This document shows positions 1-10,188 of a DNA stretch of 64,000 bases, piece after piece. The stretch covers positions 315-64,314 of the forward strand of contig SHNE01000050.1 of assembly GCA_004295015.1 (NCBI GenBank), read 5' to 3'. Every line of letters begins with the position of its first letter. Position 1 is the stretch's first letter. Position numbers and translations under genes: made by a program. The notes under the pieces were generated by a model. That model did not search any database. It was given only the letters and a program-made list of their open reading frames with translations, and was not told where the DNA came from. The stretch comes from Bacteroidota bacterium (lineage in GTDB: Bacteria > Bacteroidota > Bacteroidia > AKYH767-A > 2013-40CM-41-45).

Positions 1-399
1 TTCAACTTTTACAGGGAATTGATGTAGAGGGTTTTTTGCCGGACTTTGTGTAACAGCACCTTCCATGTTGAAAGTACTCCCATGAAGTGTACAAACAAGT
101 TGACCCTGCTCTTCTTTAATGTTGCCGCCTTTGTGCGTACACTTCATCAAGAATGCATGCACTTCATTTGTTGGTTTCCTGACTAATAAAACGTCGTTTC
201 TCATTGATGCTTCACGAATGCGCAAAGTCTTGTTTTCACCAAAGGCAGACAAGGGAACTGAAAAAACTCCATTCGATGCGGCAACAGACATTGCAGCAGC
301 AGGAGCCGAGCAAGATTCCTGACTAAGTAAAAATCCAAAACCTGCTACCATAGCGCAGGCACTACAACTTTGTTTTAGGAAATCACGTCTGCTTGTCAT
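1..399 (-). CDS. Rieske-type [2Fe-2S] protein with Tat signal (3' end cut by window edge)
   Basis: Absent from the ORF track because it runs off the window. The reverse-complement translation from the ATG at 399-397 reads MTSRRDFLKQSCSACAMVAG..., with a twin-arginine RRDFLK signal. It continues ...FLMKCTHKGGNIKEEQGQLVCTLHGSTF, giving the CxH...CxxH cluster ligands. The frame stays open to base 1. Confidence 0.7.
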   Translation of the reverse strand, partial: MTSRRDFLKQSCSACAMVAGFGFLLSQESCSAPAAAMSVAASNGVFSVPLSAFGENKTLRIREASMRNDVLLVRKPTNEVHAFLMKCTHKGGNIKEEQGQLVCTLHGSTFNMEGAVTQSPAKNPLHQFPVKVE

Positions 400-455
400 G
401 GCTAATGTTTAAAGAGTGAATGAAATAATTAACAAGGTCTGAAGATTAATTCTAA

Positions 456-2009
456 CTATTCTGAAATTTGCATTAAGGCATTACGCATACTGACTTTTTC
501 TCCAAGGATTTTTTCGATTTCATTTATATTAATTCGCTCCTGAAGCATACTGTCCCTGTGGCGTATGGTCACGGTGTTATCTTCCAGAGTCTGGTGATCG
601 ATAGTGATACAGAATGGAGTCCCAATGGCATCTTGCCTGCGGTATCGTTTTCCTATTGAGTCTTTTTCCTCATACTGGCAAAGGTGGTCAAAGCGAAGGC
701 GGTTCATGATCTCCCGGGCTTTTTCAGGCAAGCCATCTTTCTTAACAAGTGGAAGTATGGCACATTTAACAGGGGCAAGAAAAAATGGAATTCTTAAAAC
801 TACACGTTCAGAACCATCTTCAAGCTTTTCTTCGGCATATGCCTGGGAAAGTATTGCAAGAAACATCCTGTCAAGTCCAATCGATGTTTCAAGTACATAA
901 GGAACATAACTCTGATCAAGTTCCGGATCAAAATATTGAAGTTTCTTTCCTGAAAATTTTTCGTGATTGCCTAAATCAAAATCGGTGCGGGAATGGATTC
1001 CTTCCAATTCTTTAAAGCCGAAAGGAAATTCAAATTCTATATCACAGGCAGCATTAGCATAGTGTGCCAGTTTAAGATGGTCGTGAAATCGATGCTTTGA
1101 TTCAGGAAAGCCCAGACTGCGGTGCCATTTCATCCGTGTTTCTTTCCAGTATTTATACCATTCCATCTCTGTTCCGGGCTTGATAAAATACTGCATTTCC
1201 ATTTGCTCAAATTCACGCATACGAAATATGAATTGTCTGGCTACAATTTCATTTCTAAAGGCTTTTCCGGTTTGAGCGATACCAAATGGAATTTTCATTC
1301 TTCCTGTTTTCTGCACATTGAGGAAATTCACAAAAATTCCCTGTGCAGTCTCCGGTCGCAGATAAATGGTGGAGGACTCTTCACTCACAGATCCAACCTG
1401 AGTAGAAAACATCAGATTGAACTGGCGAACATCGGTCCAGTTGCGTGTGCCTGAAATCGGGCAGACGATTTCGAGATCGATAATTATTTGTCTGACTTCA
1501 ACTAAATCATTTGCTTCAAGAGCAGCTTTAAAACGTAGGTTGATATCATCAATCTTTTTCTGGTTTTCTAAAACTCTTGCATTTGTAGTCCTGAAGGTAT
1601 ATTCATTGAATCCATCAGCAAAACGTGTTCTTGCTTTTTCTACTTCCTTATTGATCTTTCCTTCAATCTTGGCCACATGCTCTTCGATAAGTACATCGGC
1701 ACGGTATCGTTTTTTCGAGTCCTTATTATCAACCAGAGGGTCATTGAAGGCGTCTACGTGACCTGAAGCTTTCCATGTGGTCGGATGCATAAAGATGGAT
1801 GCGTCGATTCCTACAATGTTCTCATTCATCTGTACCATGGCTTTCCACCAATAGTCACGGATGTTTTTTTTCAGTTCTGCCCCGTTCTGTCCATAATCAT
1901 AGACAGCACTCAGTCCGTCATATATTTCACTGGATTGGAATATAAAACCATACTCTTTCGCATGGGAGATGATATTCTTGAATAAGTCTTCGTTATTAGT
2001 GCTTGCCAT
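456..2009 (-). CDS. glyQS: glycine--tRNA ligase (dimeric class II type)
   Basis: Full-length 517-aa ORF. The N-terminus MASTNNEDLFKNIISHAKEYGFIFQSSEIYDGLSAVYDYGQNGAELKKNI is typical of alpha2 GlyRS. The class II core and C-terminal anticodon-binding region are present. Confidence 0.93.
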   Translation of the reverse strand: MASTNNEDLFKNIISHAKEYGFIFQSSEIYDGLSAVYDYGQNGAELKKNIRDYWWKAMVQMNENIVGIDASIFMHPTTWKASGHVDAFNDPLVDNKDSKKRYRADVLIEEHVAKIEGKINKEVEKARTRFADGFNEYTFRTTNARVLENQKKIDDINLRFKAALEANDLVEVRQIIIDLEIVCPISGTRNWTDVRQFNLMFSTQVGSVSEESSTIYLRPETAQGIFVNFLNVQKTGRMKIPFGIAQTGKAFRNEIVARQFIFRMREFEQMEMQYFIKPGTEMEWYKYWKETRMKWHRSLGFPESKHRFHDHLKLAHYANAACDIEFEFPFGFKELEGIHSRTDFDLGNHEKFSGKKLQYFDPELDQSYVPYVLETSIGLDRMFLAILSQAYAEEKLEDGSERVVLRIPFFLAPVKCAILPLVKKDGLPEKAREIMNRLRFDHLCQYEEKDSIGKRYRRQDAIGTPFCITIDHQTLEDNTVTIRHRDSMLQERININEIEKILGEKVSMRNALMQISE

Positions 2010-2132
2010 AGGCAGCTAAAGTAGGGATTTTTCCATTTCCTGCCTGAGCAAGAGGCCGGCAATAATTTTTATTCTTATTATTTTCCCTTGATATCGAATT
2101 AAAAGAGCCGTCTAAAACCCTACCTTTGTCCA

Positions 2133-2726
2133 ATGATCGCTATTGGCAACACCTTCGTATCTGAAGACCTCATTGAGAAAAAATTCGTTTGTGACCTGAA
2201 CGCCTGTAAGGGCGGCTGTTGCGTAAAGGGAGACTATGGTGCACCTTTGGAAGATGATGAGTTGGAGATCATGGAGAAAATTTATGAAAAAGTGAAGCCG
2301 TACATCCCTGCTGCCGGTATTGCTGCCATTGAAAAACAAGGAAAGTACTTGCGGTACGAGAAAAAGGAATGGGTGACTCCTTTGGTGAACGGAAAAGAGT
2401 GTGCTTATACTTATTTTGAGAAAGGAATTGCGAAATGTTCTATTGAGAAAGCCTATTATGATGGAAAGATAAAATGGAAAAAACCTGTTTCATGTCATTT
2501 GTACCCCGTTCGTATAACACGGAATAAAATCGGCATGGATCACCTGGCTTATGATCGATGGAGTATTTGTAAACCGGCATGCAAATTAGGGGAGAACCTG
2601 AAAGTTCCTGTTTTTAAGTTTTTGAAAGAGTCCTTGGTGAGGAAGTATGGAAAAGCGTGGTATAAGGAACTTGAACTTGCAGCTAAAATTTGGGAAGAAC
2701 AAAAGAAAAGCAAGCCTGTAAAATAA
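2133..2726 (+). CDS. DUF3109-family Cys-rich protein
   Basis: 197-aa ORF containing CDLNACKGGCCVKGDYGAPL and conserved Cys positions that I recognise from the Bacteroidota DUF3109 family. A TAnnTTTG box (tacctttg, 2121-2128) lies just upstream of the ATG. Confidence 0.55.
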   Translation: MIAIGNTFVSEDLIEKKFVCDLNACKGGCCVKGDYGAPLEDDELEIMEKIYEKVKPYIPAAGIAAIEKQGKYLRYEKKEWVTPLVNGKECAYTYFEKGIAKCSIEKAYYDGKIKWKKPVSCHLYPVRITRNKIGMDHLAYDRWSICKPACKLGENLKVPVFKFLKESLVRKYGKAWYKELELAAKIWEEQKKSKPVK

Positions 2727-3073
2727 AGTTAAGCAGAGGTGCATTTTTTAATAATTTTAGTGAAGACAGAAGTTAATTTCACTCTGTCCTGATTATCAGG
2801 TAAAAAAATTATTTAAGATTGTCTCGCCGTCCTTTCAGTTACAAAACTGTCGTCAACCTGCAAGTGAATTTTTTAAACATTTTTTGTTCAAAACCCCTGT
2901 AGGCCTTATCTGTCAAGGCTTTTGGAAGGCTTTACTAATTTGTAAACAAATCCCGGTGCATAATTGTCGAAAAATAATCTGCTCTGCTATTGCAAAGTCT
3001 AATTGAAATAAGAATTTTTGTTCAGCACATCAGGAACATTTGTTTCTGATAATTCAGCAAATATTTAAGGATT

Positions 3074-3160
3074 CAGAGAACGATTCTCTTCGGTCCGGGA
3101 AAGCGAAAATTTTCTAAAGCCGAAAGAGAGGAGGAATCGTCACCTCTTTCCGGAAGACAA
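3074..3160 (+). promoter_or_regulatory. Structured 5' leader segment upstream of nrdB with competing hairpins
   Basis: The local hairpin agagaa-cga-ttctct lies at about 3076-3090. A second hairpin, ccgaaagagagg...cctctttccgg, lies at about 3120-3152. The first segment (acgattc..tcttcgg) is also complementary to the start of the second (ccgaa.gaga..gaatcgt), so the pairings are mutually exclusive. The segment sits inside a 466-nt non-coding region. Confidence 0.3.
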
Positions 3161-3192
3161 TTAAAATTACGAACCCCCTTTTTAAAAGAATT

Positions 3193-4158
3193 ATGAAGAA
3201 AGAGATTTTGTTAGAGGAGAATAAAGACAGATTTGTTTTATTTCCAATTAAGTATCCCCAGATATGGGAAATGTATAAAAAGGCAGAACAGAGCTTCTGG
3301 ACTGCAGAAGAGGTTGACCTTCATGCCGACCAGCAAGATTGGGATCGCCTGAAAGATGGAGAACGCCATTTTATCAAACATGTACTTGCCTTTTTTGCTG
3401 CGAGTGATGGCATTGTTAATGAAAATCTGGCTGTTAACTTTATGAAGGAAGTCCAGTTACCTGAAGCTCGTTGTTTTTATGGCTTTCAGATAATGATGGA
3501 AAATATCCATAGTGAGATGTACTCTCTATTGATAGACACTTATATAAAGGATAATGCTGAGAAGAACAGACTTTTCAACGCTATTGATACTATCCCTTGT
3601 GTGAGTAAAAAAGCAGACTGGGCACTTCGTTGGATTTCCAACGGAAGCTTTGCTGAGCGTCTTATAGCTTTTGTAGCTGTCGAGGGAATTTTCTTTTCGG
3701 GTTCTTTCTGTTCTATTTTTTGGTTGAAGAAACGAGGTTTGATGCCGGGCCTTTGTACCTCCAACGAATTTATTTCACGGGATGAAGGCATGCATTGTGA
3801 TTTCGCATGCTTACTTTATAGTATGTTGGAAAATCCTTTACCTAAATCACAGGTTACTCAAATCATTACTGATGCCGTGGTTCTTGAACATGAATTCGTC
3901 ACTGATGCACTGCCGGTATCTTTAATAGGGATGAATTCCAAAATGATGTGTCAGTACATTGAATTTGTTGCTGATCGCCTTTTGGTATCTCTTGGTTGTG
4001 ATAAAGTGTATAACAGCAGCAATCCTTTTGATTTCATGGAGATGATTTCTCTCCAGGGAAAAACAAATTTCTTCGAAAAACGTGTGAGCGAATATAAAAA
4101 AGCAGGGGTCGGCCAACAGAAGGAAGACAATGTATTCAAGTTGGATGAAGATTTTTAA
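3193..4158 (+). CDS. nrdB: ribonucleoside-diphosphate reductase beta subunit (class Ia, eukaryote-like R2)
   Basis: 321-aa ORF. It carries R2 signatures: [52 protein letters not shown] and DEGMHCDF. It is followed by the R1 gene. Confidence 0.95.
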   Translation: MKKEILLEENKDRFVLFPIKYPQIWEMYKKAEQSFWTAEEVDLHADQQDWDRLKDGERHFIKHVLAFFAASDGIVNENLAVNFMKEVQLPEARCFYGFQIMMENIHSEMYSLLIDTYIKDNAEKNRLFNAIDTIPCVSKKADWALRWISNGSFAERLIAFVAVEGIFFSGSFCSIFWLKKRGLMPGLCTSNEFISRDEGMHCDFACLLYSMLENPLPKSQVTQIITDAVVLEHEFVTDALPVSLIGMNSKMMCQYIEFVADRLLVSLGCDKVYNSSNPFDFMEMISLQGKTNFFEKRVSEYKKAGVGQQKEDNVFKLDEDF

Positions 4159-4243
4159 TTCCCATATTAATGCCTTTCGTTCTTAAATAATAAGTACTCT
4201 TCTTTTTATCATTATACCACTAATACAAAACCAGCATTAACTT

Positions 4244-6625
4244 ATGTTCGTACTCAAACGCGACGGTCGACAGGAAGCTGTTAAATTCGATAAGGTAACA
4301 GCCCGCATCCAGAAACTTGCTTATGGACTTTCTGAGCATGTAGATACTTTCTCTGTAGCCCAGAAGGTTATTGAAGGGATTTACGATAACGTAACCACCA
4401 CACAACTTGATAATCTTGCCGCAGAGATCGCAGCTTCGATGACTACCAGGCATCCCGATTATGCATTACTCGCAGCACGTATAGCAGTTAGTAACCTTCA
4501 TAAGGGAACTAAAAAATCTTTCAGTGAAACCATGAAAGATTTGTACGAATACATCGATATTCATACAGGGAAAAAGGCACCTTTAATTGCTGATGATGTT
4601 TTCAAAGTCATTTGGGATAACCGCGATATTCTTGACTCCACCATCATTTATGATCGGGATTTTGGTTATGATTATTTCGGATTTAAAACACTTGAGAAAT
4701 CTTATCTGTTAAAAATCAATGGAAAGGTTGCTGAACGCCCTCAGCATTTGATAATGCGTGTTGCAGTTGGTATACATCAGAACGATATTGATTCTGTTAT
4801 TGAAACATATAATCTCATGAGTGAGCGTTGGTTCACGCATGCAACGCCAACTTTGTTTAACGCAGGAACTCCTAAGCCACAACTATCTTCCTGTTTTCTG
4901 ATCCAAATGCAGGATGACAGTATCGAAGGTATTTACAACTCACTAAAAAGTTGCGCCAAGATTTCTCAGTCGGCCGGCGGAATAGGATTAAGCATACATA
5001 ATATCCGCGCCACAGGATCTTATATCCGCGGAACCAATGGAACATCTAATGGAATTGTTCCAATGTTGAGGGTATTTAATGATACAGCTCGTTATGTAGA
5101 TCAGGGCGGAGGAAAGCGCAAAGGTTCCTTTGCAATTTATCTTGAACCATGGCATGCTGACATTTTCGCTTTTCTTGAACTGAAGAAAAATCATGGTAAG
5201 GAAGAGCTGCGTGCGCGCGACCTTTTCTACGCACTCTGGATTCCTGATTTATTCATGGAAAGAGTCGAAGCAGATGGAGACTGGAGTCTCTTCTGTCCGA
5301 ATGAAGCACCCGGACTTGCAGATTGCTACGGCGATAAGTTCCGTGAGCTCTATGCTAAATACGAATCTGAAGGACGTGCTCGTAAAACAGTAAAAGCACA
5401 AGAACTTTGGTTTGCTATGCTTGAATCACAAATTGAGACCGGCACTCCTTATATGCTTTATAAAGATGCATGTAATGAAAAAAGCAACCAGAAGAATCTT
5501 GGAACAATAAAGAGCTCTAATCTTTGTACGGAGATTGTTGAATATACCGCACCTGATGAAATCGCTGTATGTAATCTTGCATCAATTGCACTTCCGCGTT
5601 TCGTAATCGACGGGGAATTTGATCATCAGAAATTATTCGATATCACCTATGTCGTCACAAAGAATCTGAATAAGGTTATCGATGTAAATTATTATCCTGT
5701 CGAAGAAGCGCGCAACAGTAATATGCGTCATCGTCCGATCGGTATAGGTGTGCAAGGACTTGCTGATGCATTTATCCTGATGCGTATGCCATTCGATAGC
5801 GATGAAGCTCGTCAGCTTAACAAAGACATCCACGAGACGATCTATTATGCAGCAATGACTGCATCCAAGGATCTGGCGAAGGTTGAAGGTCCTTATCAGA
5901 CATATGCAGGTTCGCCGGTTTCGCAGGGAATCTTCCAGTACGATATGTGGAATGTTACTCCGGGACCACGGTGGGAGTGGGATGTTTTGAAGGAGGAAGT
6001 AATGAAATACGGTGTAAGAAATTCTTTGCTCCTTGCACCAATGCCAACGGCAAGTACTTCACAGATTCTTGGTAACAACGAATGCTTCGAGCCTTATACT
6101 TCGAACATTTATTCCCGCAGGGTATTAAGTGGAGAATTTCCGGTCGTGAATAAGCACCTCCTGAAAGATCTGGTAAAACTGGATCTCTGGAATGATGTGA
6201 TGAAGAATAAAATCATCGCTGCCAACGGATCTGTTCAGGATATTCCTGAAATTCCTCAGGACTTAAAAGAAATCTATAAAACAGTTTGGGAAATTAAACA
6301 ACGTTCTTTGATCGATATGGCTGCAGATCGCGGAGCATATATTTGTCAGAGTCAATCCCTGAATATATTTATACAGGATACTAATTTCGCAAAACTTACT
6401 TCGATGCATTTCTATGCCTGGAAGAAAGGATTAAAAACCGGTATGTATTATCTCCGTTCTAAGTCCGCAGCAGATGCGGTTAAATTTACTGTTGACCAAA
6501 GCTATTTAAAGCAAGCAGCGGAAAACGGAAAAGTTACAGAAAGTGTGATCACCAAAGAAGTTGCTTTCGAACAAATGGCTTGTTCACTCGATGACCCTGA
6601 GTCATGTGAAGCCTGCGGTAGTTAA
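4244..6625 (+). CDS. nrdA: ribonucleoside-diphosphate reductase alpha subunit (class Ia)
   Basis: 793-aa ORF. The N-terminal ATP-cone reads [22 protein letters not shown]. The catalytic motifs SNLCTEI and [15 protein letters not shown] are present, as is the C-terminal redox Cys pair ESCEACGS. Confidence 0.95.
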   Translation: MFVLKRDGRQEAVKFDKVTARIQKLAYGLSEHVDTFSVAQKVIEGIYDNVTTTQLDNLAAEIAASMTTRHPDYALLAARIAVSNLHKGTKKSFSETMKDLYEYIDIHTGKKAPLIADDVFKVIWDNRDILDSTIIYDRDFGYDYFGFKTLEKSYLLKINGKVAERPQHLIMRVAVGIHQNDIDSVIETYNLMSERWFTHATPTLFNAGTPKPQLSSCFLIQMQDDSIEGIYNSLKSCAKISQSAGGIGLSIHNIRATGSYIRGTNGTSNGIVPMLRVFNDTARYVDQGGGKRKGSFAIYLEPWHADIFAFLELKKNHGKEELRARDLFYALWIPDLFMERVEADGDWSLFCPNEAPGLADCYGDKFRELYAKYESEGRARKTVKAQELWFAMLESQIETGTPYMLYKDACNEKSNQKNLGTIKSSNLCTEIVEYTAPDEIAVCNLASIALPRFVIDGEFDHQKLFDITYVVTKNLNKVIDVNYYPVEEARNSNMRHRPIGIGVQGLADAFILMRMPFDSDEARQLNKDIHETIYYAAMTASKDLAKVEGPYQTYAGSPVSQGIFQYDMWNVTPGPRWEWDVLKEEVMKYGVRNSLLLAPMPTASTSQILGNNECFEPYTSNIYSRRVLSGEFPVVNKHLLKDLVKLDLWNDVMKNKIIAANGSVQDIPEIPQDLKEIYKTVWEIKQRSLIDMAADRGAYICQSQSLNIFIQDTNFAKLTSMHFYAWKKGLKTGMYYLRSKSAADAVKFTVDQSYLKQAAENGKVTESVITKEVAFEQMACSLDDPESCEACGS

Positions 6626-6646
6626 TTTGCTTTTTCCATTGTTATA

Positions 6647-6682
6647 AATCCCTCTCGGTTAATACCTGGAGGGATTTTTTTT
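6647..6682 (+). terminator. Rho-independent terminator after nrdA
   Basis: An 8-bp stem, aatccctc / gagggatt, is followed by a run of 8 T (6675-6682). It lies 22 nt after the nrdA stop. Confidence 0.7.
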
Positions 6683-6841
6683 GAACAGGTAATTTGGATG
6701 AATAATAAAGTTAATTTATATGAAAATGTATTTTTATGCAGATGGGTGCAGGAATAAGTAAAAGTTGTAAATTTGATTGAGTCATTTTTTTATTTTCTGA
6801 TACAATAATATTTATTCAATAAATAATGTAAAATTATTACC

Positions 6842-9436
6842 ATGAAACAAAAACTACTTCTCCTTACCTTGTTGTTTATTTTTTCGATTTCGGGTTTTGC
6901 TAAACATGTCGATGAGAATTCAGCAAAGCAAGTTGGCTCCAAATTTATAGCTACCAAAACAAGTTCTGATAATCTTCGAACCGGGCGACAGCTACAACTT
7001 GTTTATAAGTCTGATTCAAAAAGCACAAAGTCACAAGCCGCCCAGGAGGCAATGACTTTTTTTTACGTATTTAATGTCGGGTCAAATGGTTTTGTAATAG
7101 TCTCAGGAGACGATAATGTTATTCCAATACTAGGTTACTCGGATCAAGGAACTTTTAAGTCAGATAATTTGCCTGTAAGTGTTGCCAAATGGATGGAAGA
7201 CTACAAAAGTGAAATTCGAAGTATCATTGAACAGGATATTCCCCCGGGAGATCAGGTGAATGATGCATGGACAAGTTTACGATCATCAGGTAGCACGATC
7301 GTTAATGCAAATTCAGCCTCGACTGTAAATCCATTGGTTCAAACACAATGGAATCAAAGTCCCTATGAAAACACCCTTTGCCCGGGAGGTTCAGTTACCG
7401 GCTGCGTAGCTACCGGAATGGCTCAGATAATGAAATACTGGAATTACCCGGCTACAGGTTCAGGATTTCATTCTTACAATCATCAAACTTACGGTACACT
7501 TTCAGCAAATTTTGGGAACTCCACTTATCAATGGAGTTCTATGCCGAACGTTCTCACCAGTGTAAATACTGCCGTTGGTGCACTGATGTATGATGTAGGC
7601 GTAAGTGTCGACATGAGTTACAGCCCTTCTGTGAGTGGTGCCTGGGTAATTCAAAACAGTCCGGCTCCACAAGCTTGTTCAGAGTATGCTTTAAAAACTT
7701 ATTTTGGTTATAAAACTTCTCTAAGTGGAGTGGAACGTGTTAATTACAGTGATGCTCAATGGATGTCATTGTTAAAAGCCGAACTTGATGCGAGCCGACC
7801 AATACTTTATGCCGGATTTGGAAGTGGAGGAGGACATTGTTTTGTTGCTGATGGTTACGATGTGAATGACTTCATTCATTTTAATTGGGGCTGGGGTGGA
7901 GCCTATGATGGTTATTTTCATATCAATGCTCTCAATCCAAGTGGTACCGGTACCGGCGGAGGATCGGGAGGGTATAACAGTGGACATCAAGCAGTCGTTG
8001 GTATCGAGCCACCTACCGGAACTCAAACCCACTCTATTGCTTTATATAATTATGTTACACCTTCATCAAGTACATTATATTATGGGCAGGCATTTGAAGT
8101 GTATACTAATATCGTGAACAACGGAACAGCAGGCTATAGTGGAGATTATGCAGTTGCAATATTTGATGATGCCTACAACTTCGTCGACTATGTACAAATT
8201 TTAAGTGGATACACTCTCGCAGCAGGCAATGCTTATATCAATAACCTCATATTTTCAAATTCCGGATTGTTTAGCATGTTGCCAGGTACCTATTATGCAG
8301 GAGTATATTATAGACCGACAGGTGGAAATTGGATACAAGTATCGGATAATGGAAGCTATTCAAACTTTGTCCAGTTGACTGTAATTAATCCGAATGATAT
8401 TGAATTAAACTCTTCAATGTCGCTCACACCCGGTAGCACCTTTACACAGGGTCAATCAGCTTCTGTCAATCTTAATATTATTAATGACGGAATAAATACA
8501 TTTATCGGGCAGTATTCCGTTGGACTTTATAACCTGGATGGAAGTTTTTCTGAAACTATTGGCACCATTAATGAAAATGCAGGTTTGCCCTCCGGTTACA
8601 CTTACCTCACTCCATATTTAACCTTCAGCACCACTGCCATCACGTCCCCGCCAGGAACATATCTATTGGCAGTTCAGCATAATTATAATAGTACAGGCTG
8701 GCAATTAACAGGATCCTCATATTTTCAGAATCCGATTAAGGTAACAGTTGTAGCTTCAAGCATTCAACCTGATGTGTATGAAGTAAACGATATTTTGAGT
8801 CAGGCATATACACTTCCTGTTACTTTTTCAGGAAATAATGCAATCACAAATACTGTAGGCTCAAATTGTCATAACACATCCGATAACGATTATTACAAAA
8901 TTTTATTCCAGGCCGGGTATAACTATACAGTCACTCCCCGATTGCACGACTCTTACAATAGCGGAAATGGAAACACCTACACACTCGATGGATTGTTTTC
9001 GTATTCCACCGATGGCCTGACTTGGTCAGATGCTTTTGATGATGTAATTAGCGGAACTGTTGCTGTAGGCGCCGGAGGAACAATTTATTTTCGGGTAGCA
9101 CCATTCTTTGCAGGTGAGACAGGAACTTATTTGCTTGACATTAATGTCGCAAGAGCCTCTGTGATTGGTGTTGAAGAAAATGAATTTGCAGCATATTTTA
9201 AGACCTATCCAAATCCTGCAACGAATTTTATACAACTTGAGTTTGGAGACTTCAGTGGTAAGCTAAATAAAATAAATGTTTTGAATGTGCAGGGTCAGAG
9301 TATTTATGAGACTGAGCAAATTAATCAGGCAAAGAAAATGCGTATTCCAATGGAGAATTTAACAAACGGAATTTACTTTTTGCAATTACACACCAGTAGC
9401 GGACTGGTTTCTAAAAAAATCGTTTTAACCCGATGA
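6842..9436 (+). CDS. C10-family (streptopain-like) cysteine peptidase with T9SS C-terminal sorting domain
   Basis: The ORF has a signal peptide and a propeptide/inhibitor-like region (FYVFNVGSNGFVIVSGDDNVIPILGYSDQG). The catalytic Cys context is GCVATGMAQIMKYWNYP and the catalytic His context is GGGHCFVADGYD. NWGWGG is also present. The C-terminus YPNPATNFIQLEF...GIYFLQL...KKIVLTR is typical of T9SS cargo. Confidence 0.85.
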   Translation: MKQKLLLLTLLFIFSISGFAKHVDENSAKQVGSKFIATKTSSDNLRTGRQLQLVYKSDSKSTKSQAAQEAMTFFYVFNVGSNGFVIVSGDDNVIPILGYSDQGTFKSDNLPVSVAKWMEDYKSEIRSIIEQDIPPGDQVNDAWTSLRSSGSTIVNANSASTVNPLVQTQWNQSPYENTLCPGGSVTGCVATGMAQIMKYWNYPATGSGFHSYNHQTYGTLSANFGNSTYQWSSMPNVLTSVNTAVGALMYDVGVSVDMSYSPSVSGAWVIQNSPAPQACSEYALKTYFGYKTSLSGVERVNYSDAQWMSLLKAELDASRPILYAGFGSGGGHCFVADGYDVNDFIHFNWGWGGAYDGYFHINALNPSGTGTGGGSGGYNSGHQAVVGIEPPTGTQTHSIALYNYVTPSSSTLYYGQAFEVYTNIVNNGTAGYSGDYAVAIFDDAYNFVDYVQILSGYTLAAGNAYINNLIFSNSGLFSMLPGTYYAGVYYRPTGGNWIQVSDNGSYSNFVQLTVINPNDIELNSSMSLTPGSTFTQGQSASVNLNIINDGINTFIGQYSVGLYNLDGSFSETIGTINENAGLPSGYTYLTPYLTFSTTAITSPPGTYLLAVQHNYNSTGWQLTGSSYFQNPIKVTVVASSIQPDVYEVNDILSQAYTLPVTFSGNNAITNTVGSNCHNTSDNDYYKILFQAGYNYTVTPRLHDSYNSGNGNTYTLDGLFSYSTDGLTWSDAFDDVISGTVAVGAGGTIYFRVAPFFAGETGTYLLDINVARASVIGVEENEFAAYFKTYPNPATNFIQLEFGDFSGKLNKINVLNVQGQSIYETEQINQAKKMRIPMENLTNGIYFLQLHTSSGLVSKKIVLTR

Positions 9437-9945
9437 AATTAATTTTTGCAATATTCTCTTTATTCGCTTTGAGTTGTAACACAAATTCGAAGGTTACCAA
9501 AACACCGACAGAACCTGATGCCGGTTTTACTCCTGTCTTCGCATCAGGTCCTCCGGTGTTAGTTTATAAAACCAAGGCTGATTTTGATAGTCTGGTTCCG
9601 GTGATGTTATCTGATGACAAATCGGAAATTGTATCTTACCCTCATCCGGATGATCTTAAGTCTGGCAATTCGTATTCAGTTCCTTCCACACTTAGTGGAG
9701 GATATTTGCTTGATAACCGTGGGATCGGTTTGAATGTAGCCTTTCTGAAATTCACCTATGAAGAGTATGCAAAGCTTGAAAATATTCCAAGTCTTAAAGA
9801 ACTTTACGCTTCCATTAAAGAGAAAGATCCACTTACAGAACTTTGTAATTGTGGGATAAAATCTGCTTTTACAGATGTTAATTCGCAAGTAAATAGTTTA
9901 ATAGAAAATAAAAGACTACGAACGAGCTGTAAAGTGTTGAAATAA
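9433..9945 (+). CDS. conserved hypothetical lipoprotein, translationally coupled to the C10 peptidase
   Basis: The lipoprotein signal is MKLIFAIFSLFALSC. Its start codon overlaps the peptidase stop (ATGA at 9433-9436). I recognise no domain. Confidence 0.6.
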   Translation: MKLIFAIFSLFALSCNTNSKVTKTPTEPDAGFTPVFASGPPVLVYKTKADFDSLVPVMLSDDKSEIVSYPHPDDLKSGNSYSVPSTLSGGYLLDNRGIGLNVAFLKFTYEEYAKLENIPSLKELYASIKEKDPLTELCNCGIKSAFTDVNSQVNSLIENKRLRTSCKVLK

Positions 9946-10152
9946 AAGGATTAAAGAATGTTGGTTTAGTATCAGAACCTCTCTCAAATACTAAGGGATG
10001 AATCAACTTTTGTGGTTTTCTAAATTGAATCGCAGAGCCATTGACCTAGTTTGGAATCGGGCATCAATATAATTGAAGGCATTTGGTGAAGCACAGGAAA
10101 GTGGACATCTGGTTCTTTGTTGATTTGAATGAAGCTGATGCAAAATTAAGGC

Positions 10153-10185
10153 ACAAAAAAACCCGGATCGCAAGATCCGGGTTAC
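10153..10185 (-). terminator. Rho-independent terminator of the HNH endonuclease gene
   Basis: On the minus strand the sequence reads aacccggatcttgcgatccgggttttttt. This is a 9-bp GC-rich stem plus a T7 tract, directly after the stop at 10189-10191. Confidence 0.75.
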
Positions 10186-10188
10186 TTT

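Noticed and set aside
119-322. 67-aa plus-strand ORF at the window start
   Set aside because: It lies entirely antisense to the well-supported Tat-Rieske reading frame (1-399, minus strand) and has no recognisable motif.
604-1985. Series of plus-strand ORFs (98, 76, 110, 114 and 66 aa) inside glyQS
   Set aside because: They are antisense shadows of a highly conserved gene, with low-complexity, Ser/Leu/Phe-rich translations.
3140-3160. ccggaagac resembling part of the cobalamin riboswitch B12 box upstream of nrdB
   Set aside because: The rest of the B12 box (..CCUGCC) and the conserved GCCACUG core are absent. I cannot support a cobalamin riboswitch call from the sequence.
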